Assembly: GCA_902470365.1 (NCBI GenBank)
Contig: CABRFZ010000008.1
Coordinates: 3,748 to 67,747, forward strand
From: an uncultured Collinsella sp.
GTDB taxonomy: Bacteria > Actinomycetota > Coriobacteriia > Coriobacteriales > Coriobacteriaceae
Length of the DNA stretch: 64,000 bases
Direction of reading: 5' to 3'
The translations under genes and the position numbers were made by a program. Shown here in pieces: positions 17,493 through 28,847 of this stretch. The notes below the pieces were generated by a model that was given only the letters and a program-made list of their open reading frames with translations, was not told the origin of the DNA and did no database searches. Positions within the stretch are counted from its first letter, which is position 1. Each line of letters starts with the position of its first letter.

Positions 17493-18935
17493 TTAATGCA
17501 CGAGGCGGTAGAAATTCATCGATGCCGCGCCCTCGGCGTGCAGCTCCATCGCCGGAACCGCCGGCGAATAGGTACGGCTCGTAAGTGCCGCCTCGCCGCC
17601 ATTTGCAAAAATCTCGACCATCGTAGTGTCCGAAAGCACACGCAGGTCGCGAAGCTCGCTGAGCTCGATCGACCTCTGGTCGCGCCCATAGCCTTCGTCA
17701 CCCATGTCGAGGGTAAGCATCCCGTCTGCATAGCACACAAAGACACCCTTGCGGATTTCGAGCTCGACCATCTTGGCGCCCTCACAGGAAACCACAAGAT
17801 CAAACAGGCGGCCCGGCTCCTCAACGGTTTCACCGCCTGTCGCGCGAACGCAGTCGCCGCGCATCCTCTCAATCTCGTGCGCCGGTTGCTGGCAGAGCTT
17901 GCCATCGCGCATGCTCAGCTCTCGCGGCACCGTCAACGCGCACTGCCACCCGCGCGCCACCGTCGGGTTTTCTGCCGTCGCATCGGGGCAACCCGACCAT
18001 CCGATCATCAAACGCCGGCCTGCAGTATCCTCAAAGGACTGCGGAGCATAGAAATCAAAACCGGCATCGACCATCGGGGGCATGCCCTGCCCGACGATTT
18101 TAAAGCTCGGCGCCTCCCAATCGGCCTCGATGGGGAACCACACGCACTGATGCGGATTGCGGTAACGCCAACCATCGGCAGGCACACCCTGCGGACAGCA
18201 AACGAGAATAAGCTCGCCATCGAGCTCAAACAGATCGGGGCACTCCCACATAAAGCCAAACTTCTCGCCCAACTCAATGCGCGTCGCATAGCTCCAGTCC
18301 TCAAGATTGCGCGAGGTATAGACAAGCACGCAGCCACGGTCGTCTTTCGTACGAGCACCCAGAACCATGTAGTAGATACCATCGTGCTCAAGGATCTTGG
18401 GGTCGCGCACGTGCGTACCGATATCGTCGGGGTAATCGACCGGTCCAACAGCTATGCACTTCTCGCCCAATTCGTCGGGATTCTCGGCAACCATATGAAT
18501 CTGGTTTTGCTCACGGCCCGTCAACACGTAGTCGTAATCATCGCGGTCAAAATGCTTGACGTTGCCGGTATAGAAGTAGTGAATCTTGCCATCACGTACA
18601 AAGGCAGAACCAGAATACGCTCCGCTCGAATCCAAATCGGAATCGGGGAACAGCACGGGGCCGTGATTCTCGTACGTCACAAAATCCTTTGTCGTCAGAT
18701 GATTCCAAAGCACTGGACCGCCATGCGCAGCATCGAACGGATCGTATTGATGATAGATGTGATACGTATCACCAATCTGAACCAAACCGTTGGGGTCGTT
18801 GAGCCAGCCAAGCTCAGGCTCCACATGGAACAGAAGCCTATCGGGGTCGGACGCGATGCGAGCCGCCGTCTCATCCTGTCCGACACGCCACTGCTCATAG
18901 TCCGCGCGTGTCACCTTGTTTTTTTGATTTAACAT
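17493..18935 (-). CDS. scrB: Sucrose-6-phosphate hydrolase / beta-fructofuranosidase (GH32)
   Basis: WLNDPNGL, RDP (VRDPKI) and ECPD (WECPDLF) motifs. Confidence 0.9.
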   Translation of the reverse strand: MLNQKNKVTRADYEQWRVGQDETAARIASDPDRLLFHVEPELGWLNDPNGLVQIGDTYHIYHQYDPFDAAHGGPVLWNHLTTKDFVTYENHGPVLFPDSDLDSSGAYSGSAFVRDGKIHYFYTGNVKHFDRDDYDYVLTGREQNQIHMVAENPDELGEKCIAVGPVDYPDDIGTHVRDPKILEHDGIYYMVLGARTKDDRGCVLVYTSRNLEDWSYATRIELGEKFGFMWECPDLFELDGELILVCCPQGVPADGWRYRNPHQCVWFPIEADWEAPSFKIVGQGMPPMVDAGFDFYAPQSFEDTAGRRLMIGWSGCPDATAENPTVARGWQCALTVPRELSMRDGKLCQQPAHEIERMRGDCVRATGGETVEEPGRLFDLVVSCEGAKMVELEIRKGVFVCYADGMLTLDMGDEGYGRDQRSIELSELRDLRVLSDTTMVEIFANGGEAALTSRTYSPAVPAMELHAEGAASMNFYRLVH

Positions 18936-19036
18936 CGCCGTTGACTTTCTCGTCTATGGGGAAGGACGCTCGACTCACACGAGTCGAACGCCCTTCCCCA
19001 AATGGACTTATCCTCAGATTACACTGAACGGCTCAA

Positions 19037-20488
19037 CTAGAAGCTAACGTCGAAGCCAGCGCCAGCGCCCTCTTCATCGGTGGTCGGCACGCCCTTTGCC
19101 TTGTTGTAGGCAAAGATCAAGACGATCGGCACGATAAAGGCGATGAGATTGCCAGCCACATACCACACGAGGGTCTCGGGCGTGACGATGAGCAGGCCAA
19201 GCACGCCGGTCAGACCCTGACCGATAGCGCGCACCTCAAAGAGCTTGACGAAGGCACCGCCGCAGCCTGCACCGATGCATGCGCAGATGAACGGAATGAT
19301 CGAATAGCGCATGTTTGCAGCAAAGATAGCGGGCTCGGAGATTCCGACCAGCGTCGGGATAAAGGACGACATGCAGATGTTGCGCTCTTTGGAGTGCTTC
19401 TTGTGAATGAGGTACATACCGATGGCGCCGCCGCCCTGGGCGATGATGGAAACCGACCAGATGGCCTGGATGTAGTTGAAGCCAGTCGTGGCAACAAGGT
19501 TTGCCTCGATACCCTGGATGAACTGATGCGTACCGGTAACGACGAGCGGCTGCAGGAACGCGGCGAAGACAAAGGCGCCAAAGACGCCCATCCTGTTGTA
19601 CAGGACATCGATTACGCCAGCGAGGACGTCGCCGATCAGGTTGCCGAGCGGGCCGAACACGGTGAACAGGGCGACGTTAGCGAGAATCAGGGTAACGGTC
19701 GGGACAAAGACGAACGAAACGACCTCGGGGATGTACTTCTGGGCAATCTTTTCGACCTTGGCCATAAACCAGGCAGTCAGGATTGCAGGGAATACGCCGC
19801 CCTGGAAAGCAACCATGGGAATGGATAGCGGACCGAAGTTCCAGTACTCAGCACCCGTCGGGTCCATAACGAACGTGTTGCGGTTCATAAGGCTCGGGTG
19901 AACCATGACGATACCGACGAGGATGCCCAGGATCGGGTTACCGCCAAAACGCTTGACCGCGCTGTACATAACCAGGACAGGCAGGTAGTCGAACGTGGTG
20001 GCGATAATGGCAAAGAAGCTTGCGAGGTTCTTGAGGAACTCGCTGTGATCGGCGAGGCTGCCTTCCATGCCAAAGAGGCCGTTGGCAACGATCAGCGACT
20101 TAAGGCCGATGATGATTGCAGCGCCGACGAAGGCGGGAATGATGGGGATAAAGATGTCCGAGAATACCTTGAGGACCGAGAAGAACTTGCCCTTCTTGTC
20201 CGCCTCAGCGCCCTTGACCTCGGAAGCACTGATCTCCTTAACGCCCGTCAGAGCCATAAACTCATCGTAAACCTTGTTGACGGTACCGGTACCGAAGATG
20301 ATCATGAGCTGGCCGCTGTTGTACAGCACGCCCTTGACGCCATCGATGTTCTCGAGCTCGGCCTTGTTGTATTTGCTCGTATCCTTGAGCACCAGACGCA
20401 GACGGGTCACGCAATGCGTGGCGCCCTCGATGTTCTCCAGTCCGCCGACGTTGTCGACGACTTGCTGGGACACTGCCTTGTAGTCCAT
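19037..20488 (-). CDS. scrA: PTS sucrose-family EIIBC component
   Basis: The N-terminal EIIB carries the CVTRLR motif, followed by a multi-TM EIIC. The MDYK start is at 20488. Confidence 0.85.
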   Translation of the reverse strand: MDYKAVSQQVVDNVGGLENIEGATHCVTRLRLVLKDTSKYNKAELENIDGVKGVLYNSGQLMIIFGTGTVNKVYDEFMALTGVKEISASEVKGAEADKKGKFFSVLKVFSDIFIPIIPAFVGAAIIIGLKSLIVANGLFGMEGSLADHSEFLKNLASFFAIIATTFDYLPVLVMYSAVKRFGGNPILGILVGIVMVHPSLMNRNTFVMDPTGAEYWNFGPLSIPMVAFQGGVFPAILTAWFMAKVEKIAQKYIPEVVSFVFVPTVTLILANVALFTVFGPLGNLIGDVLAGVIDVLYNRMGVFGAFVFAAFLQPLVVTGTHQFIQGIEANLVATTGFNYIQAIWSVSIIAQGGGAIGMYLIHKKHSKERNICMSSFIPTLVGISEPAIFAANMRYSIIPFICACIGAGCGGAFVKLFEVRAIGQGLTGVLGLLIVTPETLVWYVAGNLIAFIVPIVLIFAYNKAKGVPTTDEEGAGAGFDVSF

Positions 20489-20533
20489 GTTCCTCTCCAT
20501 TCCTTTTCTAAATCATAAAACGGTTCGTTGCCG

Positions 20534-21916
20534 CTACAGAGACGCGATCGTTGCGTTTGCGCACTTGAGCGCACCGTCGGTGACGGTAAGCGCCACACCC
20601 TGGCCCTGCTTGTTGCAGAAGCGAGCGTTGAGCGCAACATCATCGACAAAGATGGTCGCGATGTCGTCGTCGACGACCAGACGCACATGGTGAGTGCCCT
20701 CGCCCTTAAAGAACAACGGACGCTCGAGGCCCATGTTGTTGACCTGGAACCACGGGTACTGGGGAGCCGGCGTGAACTCGAGCTTGCCCTCGCGCAGGTT
20801 GGCGCGGAACTCATAGGCAAGACCGGTCTCGGCGTCCTCGGCGAACTTGACCGAGAAGCCGGCAGCGTTACCGCCGAGCTCAATGTCGGCATCGAGCAAG
20901 TAGGTGGAGCCGGCATCCGCGGCGAGCACCTGCTCGACCTTGCCCGACTCGCAGGAAAGCTCAAAGGTCTCGACTGCCTTAGCCTCGCCAAAGGCGCCAA
21001 GCATGCTGTCGGGGAGCTTGGTGCCGAGCGTTCCGTCGGCACGCTGAACGATCTCGAGGGGCATAAAGGTGCCACCCCATAGGTAAGAGCTGGGGTCGCC
21101 GCCCTCGTCACGCGTAGGAACCCAACCAAAGAGAACGCGACGCTCGCCATCGAATGCGGTGCGAGCGGCGTAGTACGCGCGGCCGTCGAAGGAGTCGTCA
21201 GCGGGGGTAATCCAAGGACCGTTGATGGACTTGGACATGCGGTAACGGGTCTTGTTGCCGTCGCTGTACTCGGAAAAGACGAGGTACCACCAGTCGCCCA
21301 TCTTAAAGAGATCAGGCATCTCAAACATGGTGTACAGGCCCGGGTTCCACCAGTCGCCCTGGAACTCCCAGTTGGTCAGATCCTTGGAGGTGAACTTGAC
21401 CAGGCGGCCGGTCATCAGACGCTTGTCCTCGCCCACACGCGTGCCGAGGATGAGCATGTACTCTTCGTTCTCCTCATCCCAAAGCACAAAGGGATCGCGC
21501 CAGTTGCGGTCATCGTAACCCTCCTGGGGCGGAAGCAGCGTCTCGGCGATGTTCTTCTCCCACTTGACGGCGTCGTCGCTCGTTGCGTGAAGAAGAACCT
21601 GCTTCATCAAACGTGCGCGGACCTTATCGCGATTGCAACCAGTGTAGAGCGCATGGTACTTGTCGCCCACCTTAAACACCGTGCCGGCATAAATGTACTG
21701 GTCGACTTCCTCGTCGCCGCCGCGCTCAAGGCTCTCGCCAAAGTCCTTGTAGTTGACGAAATCCTTGGTCGTAGCGAGTGCCCAGCCAAACGGCTCTCCG
21801 AAAGGTTCGGGGTTACGCGTGTCACGCTGATGATAGAGATAGAACGTGCCGTCCTCGCCGTACGGCATGATGTCGCCTACCCAAATTCCCTCAGGCTGGT
21901 AATACACTTTGTGCAT
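20534..21916 (-). CDS. Second GH32 family hydrolase with a divergent N-terminal motif
   Basis: WRDPFV and FEMPDLF motifs. WVGDIMP stands in place of WMNDPNG. ATG at 21916 with a GGAAAGGAAG SD. Confidence 0.7.
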   Translation of the reverse strand: MHKVYYQPEGIWVGDIMPYGEDGTFYLYHQRDTRNPEPFGEPFGWALATTKDFVNYKDFGESLERGGDEEVDQYIYAGTVFKVGDKYHALYTGCNRDKVRARLMKQVLLHATSDDAVKWEKNIAETLLPPQEGYDDRNWRDPFVLWDEENEEYMLILGTRVGEDKRLMTGRLVKFTSKDLTNWEFQGDWWNPGLYTMFEMPDLFKMGDWWYLVFSEYSDGNKTRYRMSKSINGPWITPADDSFDGRAYYAARTAFDGERRVLFGWVPTRDEGGDPSSYLWGGTFMPLEIVQRADGTLGTKLPDSMLGAFGEAKAVETFELSCESGKVEQVLAADAGSTYLLDADIELGGNAAGFSVKFAEDAETGLAYEFRANLREGKLEFTPAPQYPWFQVNNMGLERPLFFKGEGTHHVRLVVDDDIATIFVDDVALNARFCNKQGQGVALTVTDGALKCANATIASL

Positions 21917-21963
21917 CCGAGACTTCCTTTCCACGACATACTAACTCGGTACAATGGCAAGAT

Positions 21964-22047
21964 ATGTCAACCGTTTTCATATGTCAAACGTTTTCACACC
22001 AATACGTCTTTTCGCAGTTCCAGTCGTCGGCAAACGGTTGACATATG
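21964..22047. promoter_or_regulatory. Three LacI/cre-type operators upstream of the GH32-scrA-scrB genes
   Basis: TGTCAACCGTTTTCA (21965-21979), TGTCAAACGTTTTCA (21982-21996) and inverted CAAACGGTTGACA (22031-22043). Confidence 0.6.
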
Positions 22048-22099
22048 CCGGTGAACGGTCATCAGAGGCGTTTGAGGAATTCTTTTGGCACGGGGCGAA

Positions 22100-23110
22100 T
22101 TACGCGGTTTTGCCCTCGATAAGCTCAACGGGAAGCTTGATATTCGACTCGGGCTTTTCACCGTTAATAAGAGCAATGATGGATTGCGCCGCGAGCTCTC
22201 CGATGCGATCGATATCTTGACGTACGGTTGTTAAGTCAGGCATAAACGTCATAGTGCGGCGGGCACCATCCGCGCCCACGACCTTAATGTCGTCTGGAGC
22301 GCTCAAGCCGCGCTGCTTCATCACGTTGAGACAGATGGCCGCCATCGTATCGTCTCCCGCAAAGATGCCGTCAATATCGGGGTTCTCATCGAGGATCTTC
22401 GCAACGACCGCGCCCTTTTCGTCGTCGGGCTTAACGAACTCAACCTCACGGACAAGCGCGGACAAACCGGCCTGCTCAACAACATCGAGGTAGGCATCGG
22501 TACGCTTATTGGCAGGCATGCGCATGCGGCTATTGCTGCGCAGGCACAGGATACGCCTGCAGCCGTCATCAATCAGACGGCGCGTGGCGAGCTCGCCGAT
22601 GCCATAGCTGTCACTTGCAATCTGGACAGAGCCCTCGCCAAGATCGCAGTCGATGCCAACCAGGCTCAAGCCCATCTCGGCATATGCCTCGGCACCGATA
22701 TTGAGGGAGTTGACGATGACGCCGTCGACCATATTGCGGCGGAGCATGTCGATATAGGAACGCTCAAGATCAGGTCGATTGGCGCTGTTGCACAGCAACA
22801 TCTTAAAGCCGTTTTCCGCCAACGTGCGCTCGACCGCCTGCACAACCTGAGCATGGAACGGACTGCTCACAAAGGGAACGATCATGCCGATAAGGTTCAG
22901 ACGGCCGTTGAGCATGGCACGGGCGATATCGTTGGGCGTATAGTTGATGCGCTCCATCGCGGCGTGGACCTTATCGCGGGTCTCTTGGCTAATATAACCG
23001 CGGTTATTAAGCACGCGAGATACCGTAGTAGGCGAAACCCCCGCCACCGCTGCAACTTCCTTGATGCCAGGCTTAGCAGAATCCTTAGAACGAGTGCCCT
23101 CGCGAGCCAT
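22100..23110 (-). CDS. LacI family transcriptional regulator (sucrose cluster)
   Basis: The HTH is IKEVAAVAGVSPTTVSRVLN, followed by a periplasmic-binding-protein-like fold. ATG at 23110 with a GGGGAGGG SD. Confidence 0.85.
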   Translation of the reverse strand: MAREGTRSKDSAKPGIKEVAAVAGVSPTTVSRVLNNRGYISQETRDKVHAAMERINYTPNDIARAMLNGRLNLIGMIVPFVSSPFHAQVVQAVERTLAENGFKMLLCNSANRPDLERSYIDMLRRNMVDGVIVNSLNIGAEAYAEMGLSLVGIDCDLGEGSVQIASDSYGIGELATRRLIDDGCRRILCLRSNSRMRMPANKRTDAYLDVVEQAGLSALVREVEFVKPDDEKGAVVAKILDENPDIDGIFAGDDTMAAICLNVMKQRGLSAPDDIKVVGADGARRTMTFMPDLTTVRQDIDRIGELAAQSIIALINGEKPESNIKLPVELIEGKTA

Positions 23111-23129
23111 AGCACCCTCCCCTATCAAC

Positions 23130-23144
23130 ATGTCATACGTTTAC
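23130..23144. promoter_or_regulatory. Putative autoregulatory LacI operator
   Basis: The pseudo-palindrome TGTCATACGTTTACA lies 20-35 nt upstream of the regulator start. Confidence 0.45.
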
Positions 23145-23233
23145 ATACGAACAAAGCATACCCCAACAACAGCGGGAAGACGGTAACAGTACAAGTAAGT
23201 AAACGACTCATCCAAATAATTAGGAGAGTTCCG

Positions 23234-23418
23234 CCTAAAGGGTGACTCCGAAGAACCCCGCTTGGCCGTTTTTGGGTTATTTTCCAAAACATCCCGCAGG
23301 ACGCAAAGAGGCCCCGCCGCGCAACGCGCGCAGCGGAGCCTCTTTGCATGTCCGAGGACGTTTTGGAAAATAACCCAAAGCGGCCCGGCGATCCTGCGGG
23401 AGTTAAACCCCTTTAGAA
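23234..23418 (-). repeat. Nested-palindrome 3' element, family A copy 4
   Basis: Arms tttgggttattttccaaaac (23271-23290) and its complement (23360-23379) are 20/20, with imperfect extension. The core is TCCCGCAGGACG..GCATGTCCGAGGACG. The outer tier reaches the TAA of the 83-aa gene. Confidence 0.8.
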
Positions 23419-23664
23419 CTTGTCGTGGAAGGTACGCGCAATGACCTCGTCTTGCTGCTCCTTGGTGAGCGTGTGGAAGTTCACGGCATAGCCGGAAACG
23501 CGGATGGTCAGCTGCGGGTACTTCTCGGGGTGAGCCTGAGCGTCGAGCAGCGTCTCACGGTTGAAGACGTTGATGTTCAGGTGGTGGCCACCCTTCTCGG
23601 CGTAAGCGTCGAGCATGTGGACCAGGTTATCGGCCTGGGTCTCGGAAACTTCAGAAACCTTCAT
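23413..23664 (-). CDS. Stand-alone glycyl-radical domain protein (GrcA/YfiD-like; equivalent to the PFL C-terminus)
   Basis: [39 protein letters not shown] with the glycyl radical motif RVSGYAV. It has its own GAAGGAG SD 6-7 nt before the ATG at 23664. Confidence 0.85.
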   Translation of the reverse strand: MKVSEVSETQADNLVHMLDAYAEKGGHHLNINVFNRETLLDAQAHPEKYPQLTIRVSGYAVNFHTLTKEQQDEVIARTFHDKF

Positions 23665-23749
23665 AATATGTCTCCTTCGATTAATAGGCGCCGGCCGAAA
23701 CCGGCGCGCTAATCAGTAATCGTTATTGTTAGTATAGCACTAACAATAG

Positions 23750-25801
<2,052 letters not shown>

Positions 25802-26197
25802 TGTGTAACCACGCTCCTAGTTACGTGTAATGCGGCGCTCTCTCACACCGCTGCTTATTGAATTCTTGAATGTTCGGCTTGCACTACCAGCTTCTTCCGT
25901 TCTTCACCACACGCTGGTGCAGAGAAAACGTTTGTCCACCTTGGAACTACAACCCAAAACCCAAGATTTCACCCGTCTGAGAAGGATAACATAGCGACCC
26001 TCTCCATCTGGGCTGTTATATGTTTCTTTTTTTATATCATAAGGGCGTTTTTTACAAACCCGCAGGAAATGCGAGCGCGAACAACTACCGTTCACCGATT
26101 TGTATGTTATTTTTCCTTGCCTTTGTACGACGTTCGCTCTAGCTGTTATGCCAGCTTTAGCAGGGTAAAGTGTCTCAGAGACCCTGCAGAAACTGCA

Positions 26198-26227
26198 GGG
26201 CGGCCACGGGATCCCCCGTGGCCGCCC
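26198..26227 (-). terminator. GC hairpin downstream of the kdgT-like gene (no clear U-tract)
   Basis: gggcggccacggg-atc-ccccgtggccgccc. Confidence 0.35.
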
Positions 26228-26267
26228 TGTGGCGTAGCTAGTTTTTAGCTTTGATTGCCGCTTGGCA

Positions 26268-27287
26268 TTAGGCGGCTGCGGCGGCCTTGTCGGTCGTTGC
26301 CTTGCTATTGCCGTTGCCCTGGCCCTCAAAATGCTTGTAGCACCAGCTGGTGACCAGCGGGGTCAAAATAGCCGTCACGATTGCGCAGGCAGCAACCTGT
26401 GCCGTGGCCGTCGCGAGCACCGCGCCGCCGTACATGGCCCCGTTGACGCTTGCCATGGCAGCAGGCGTGGCCACATTGGCTCCGGCGCAGCTCGAAATGG
26501 CCGCACCTGCGACACCCGTACCGCCCGTGAGCTTATCGACCGCGATAACGGGAATTGCAAAGACCACCGAGCAGATCACGCCGAGCAGAATACCGGGGAG
26601 ACCGCCATTAATGAGCTGGCCAAAGGTCATGGTCGAGCCCATGGCAAAGAAGACGAGCACGATGACGGCGGAAAGTGCCGGTGCCATCATCTTCTTAAAG
26701 CTCGGGAAGAGGTTGCCCAGAATAATGCCGACGACGATCGGCAGGATGGCGCCCACGAGCGACCAGCCGATCGGAGCCTGACCGGCAGCGCCGAGCACGA
26801 TCATCGTGACCGGAGGGCCGACAACCAGCGTGGTGATGGCGACGGCGCCACGCTCGGCCTCATTGCCCATGGTGCCCATCAGACCAGCGTACATAGCGTT
26901 GTTGGCGCCGGTGCAAGCCGCCAGCATCACCATGGCAGAGATGCCAAACAGGTTGTCGTTGAACACATAAAGGATGAGCAGCGACACGGCAACGACCACG
27001 ATCTGCTTGACGGCGATGATGATGGCGCCGCGTGCAGCGGCGGCAGGAGCACTCTTAAACGAAATCGTCGTACCGACGATGAGCAAAAAAGCGCCCACGA
27101 GCGGGCCTGCGCCCTGCTGGGTCATACCAAGCGTAAAGCTGCCGAGCGTTTTGAACAGGTCGGGGAATAGCGTGTTGAGCAGGCAGCCCAGCAAAAGCGG
27201 CACCAAAATATTGGCACCCGGGATGGAGGACATCTTAAAGAACGGCTCCTTTGCCGCCGGCGCCTCCACCGCAGTCGATTCACTCAT
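26268..27287 (-). CDS. 2-keto-3-deoxygluconate permease (KdgT) family transporter
   Basis: IPGANILVPLLLGCLLNTLFP.. resembles the KdgT N-terminus, with about 10 TM segments. ATG at 27287 with an AAGGAG SD. Confidence 0.7.
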   Translation of the reverse strand: MSESTAVEAPAAKEPFFKMSSIPGANILVPLLLGCLLNTLFPDLFKTLGSFTLGMTQQGAGPLVGAFLLIVGTTISFKSAPAAAARGAIIIAVKQIVVVAVSLLILYVFNDNLFGISAMVMLAACTGANNAMYAGLMGTMGNEAERGAVAITTLVVGPPVTMIVLGAAGQAPIGWSLVGAILPIVVGIILGNLFPSFKKMMAPALSAVIVLVFFAMGSTMTFGQLINGGLPGILLGVICSVVFAIPVIAVDKLTGGTGVAGAAISSCAGANVATPAAMASVNGAMYGGAVLATATAQVAACAIVTAILTPLVTSWCYKHFEGQGNGNSKATTDKAAAAA

Positions 27288-27395
27288 ATATATCTCCTTT
27301 GGATGCATGCGAATCGTAGCCGCACGCGCCTATGTCAGAAAGAAGGCGACGGTCCCGAGTCGCAGGAGCCGTCGCCGAATAATCATCGCGGGGTA

Positions 27396-28145
27396 TTACC
27401 CGTCCAGGACGATGCCGCCGTCGCAGTCACCAATCTCGCCGTTCACGAAGCTGGCGAGGTCGGAAGCGAAGAACAGCACCATCTGCGCAGGCTCGCTGGC
27501 CTGGGCGGCGCGGCCCAGAGGAATACCGTTGATGATGCGCTGAGAGTTCTCGTCAGAGAGAATCGAGGTCATATCGGTCAACGTGAGCGACGGGCACACG
27601 GCGTTGCAGCGAACGCCAAACTTGCCGCCTTCCTTGGCGACTGCCTTGGTCAGACCGTTAACGCCTGCTTTGGAGCTCGCGTAAGCCGCGGTGCCGAGCA
27701 GGCCGCCACCGATCTTGCCCGCAACGGAACTCACGTTGACGATAGTGCCGGCATGGGCCGCCTTAAAGTGCGGGTAGACGGCGTTCATCATGGTAAAGGT
27801 ACCGTTGAGGTTGATGTCGATGGTGCGGCGCCACTCGGTGTCATCGATCTCGTCGAACTTCTTGGTGCTGATGACGCCAGCGCAGTTGATCAGGATGTTG
27901 GTTTGCGGCAGGTCCGTAAAAATCTGCTCGACGGTCTCGCGCGCCTTGGGCGCATCGGCGACATCGAGCTGATAGAACTTGTTGCCCTCGCCAAGCTCGG
28001 CCACAGCGGCCTCGCCCTTAGCAGCGTTCCTTGCGATGAGCGCGACATGTCCGCCGCCCGCGACGATGCCCTTGGCGATCTCGAGGCCAATGCCCTGAGT
28101 GCCGCCCGTGACAATCGCGGTCTTGCCCGTGAAGTCAAATGCCAT
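27396..28145 (-). CDS. SDR family oxidoreductase
   Basis: TGGTQGIG cofactor motif, catalytic YASSK and NAV motifs. ATG at 28145. Confidence 0.85.
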   Translation of the reverse strand: MAFDFTGKTAIVTGGTQGIGLEIAKGIVAGGGHVALIARNAAKGEAAVAELGEGNKFYQLDVADAPKARETVEQIFTDLPQTNILINCAGVISTKKFDEIDDTEWRRTIDINLNGTFTMMNAVYPHFKAAHAGTIVNVSSVAGKIGGGLLGTAAYASSKAGVNGLTKAVAKEGGKFGVRCNAVCPSLTLTDMTSILSDENSQRIINGIPLGRAAQASEPAQMVLFFASDLASFVNGEIGDCDGGIVLDG

Positions 28146-28397
28146 GACTCCATCCCCCTTTATGTAAGGTGTCTCCTTGCGGGAAGTTGGAGCATCGCAC
28201 GTGGCGATTATATGAGTCCCAGTCGTCATGGTGGTGACAACCCCTCGCCTAACCGCGTGCATAATAGTTCTTTGAAACGCTTCAGCAATTAAATGATTTT
28301 AAGTCTTAATGAGCTCTTAATATTGCCTACTGTATGAGGCCCGCGTATGGGGGTATCATCTTCCACCGAAAATAGTTTCTAGTGTTAGGGGTTTTCG

Positions 28398-28847
28398 GTG
28401 GAAGATACCGATTTCCATGAGCTTGGGCGTCAGCTCTTTACCGAGTTTGGCAGCATGCACCAGCGCGTTTCGCGCTTTGCCGACCAGGCTCTGGGTGGCG
28501 AGATGGCCGTCATGCGCGCCCTCATGCGCGCCGGCGGCTCGCTCACGCCGAGCGAACTCGCTGATCGCGCCTGGGTCTCGAGCGCCCGCATCGCCAATAT
28601 CCTGCGCGCCCTCGAGGCCAAGGGCTGGGTCGAGCGCGAGCACTCAAAGACCGACCGTCGTCGCGTACACGTCACGGTGACCGACAAAGGATTCCAGGTT
28701 ATCGAAATCAAACGTCGGGAATTCGAGGACCGCACCGCGGCCTTCCTCGAGCAGCTTGGCGAAACAGATACCCAAGAGATGGTGCGCCTTCTTAGACGTG
28801 CCAACGAAATTATCGACCGCAATCAAGAAAGGAGAGATGCCGAGTGA
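28398..28847 (+). CDS. MarR family transcriptional regulator
   Basis: Winged-helix region LTPSELADRAWVSSARIANILRALEAKGWVER. GTG start. The stop overlaps the next gene (GTGA). Confidence 0.8.
   Translation: MEDTDFHELGRQLFTEFGSMHQRVSRFADQALGGEMAVMRALMRAGGSLTPSELADRAWVSSARIANILRALEAKGWVEREHSKTDRRRVHVTVTDKGFQVIEIKRREFEDRTAAFLEQLGETDTQEMVRLLRRANEIIDRNQERRDAE

Noticed and set aside
17478-18932. Very long ORFs antisense to well-supported genes. Examples: 17478-18932 (+), 23903-25861 (+), 8373-9611 (+), 33627-34805 (-), 34919-36292 (+), 42461-43597 (-), 50140-51429 (-), 58665-60485 (-), 60546-62042 (-).
   Set aside because: Each lies opposite a gene with clear family motifs. Their translations are Arg/Gly/Ala/His/Val-rich low-complexity strings typical of stop-poor antisense frames in high-GC DNA. 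No motifs are recognisable.
25904-26329. 141-aa ORF upstream of pflB.
   Set aside because: It lies in the AT-richer pflB leader/promoter region and overlaps the kdgT-like gene end and its hairpin. Its composition is unlike that of the confident genes in this window.
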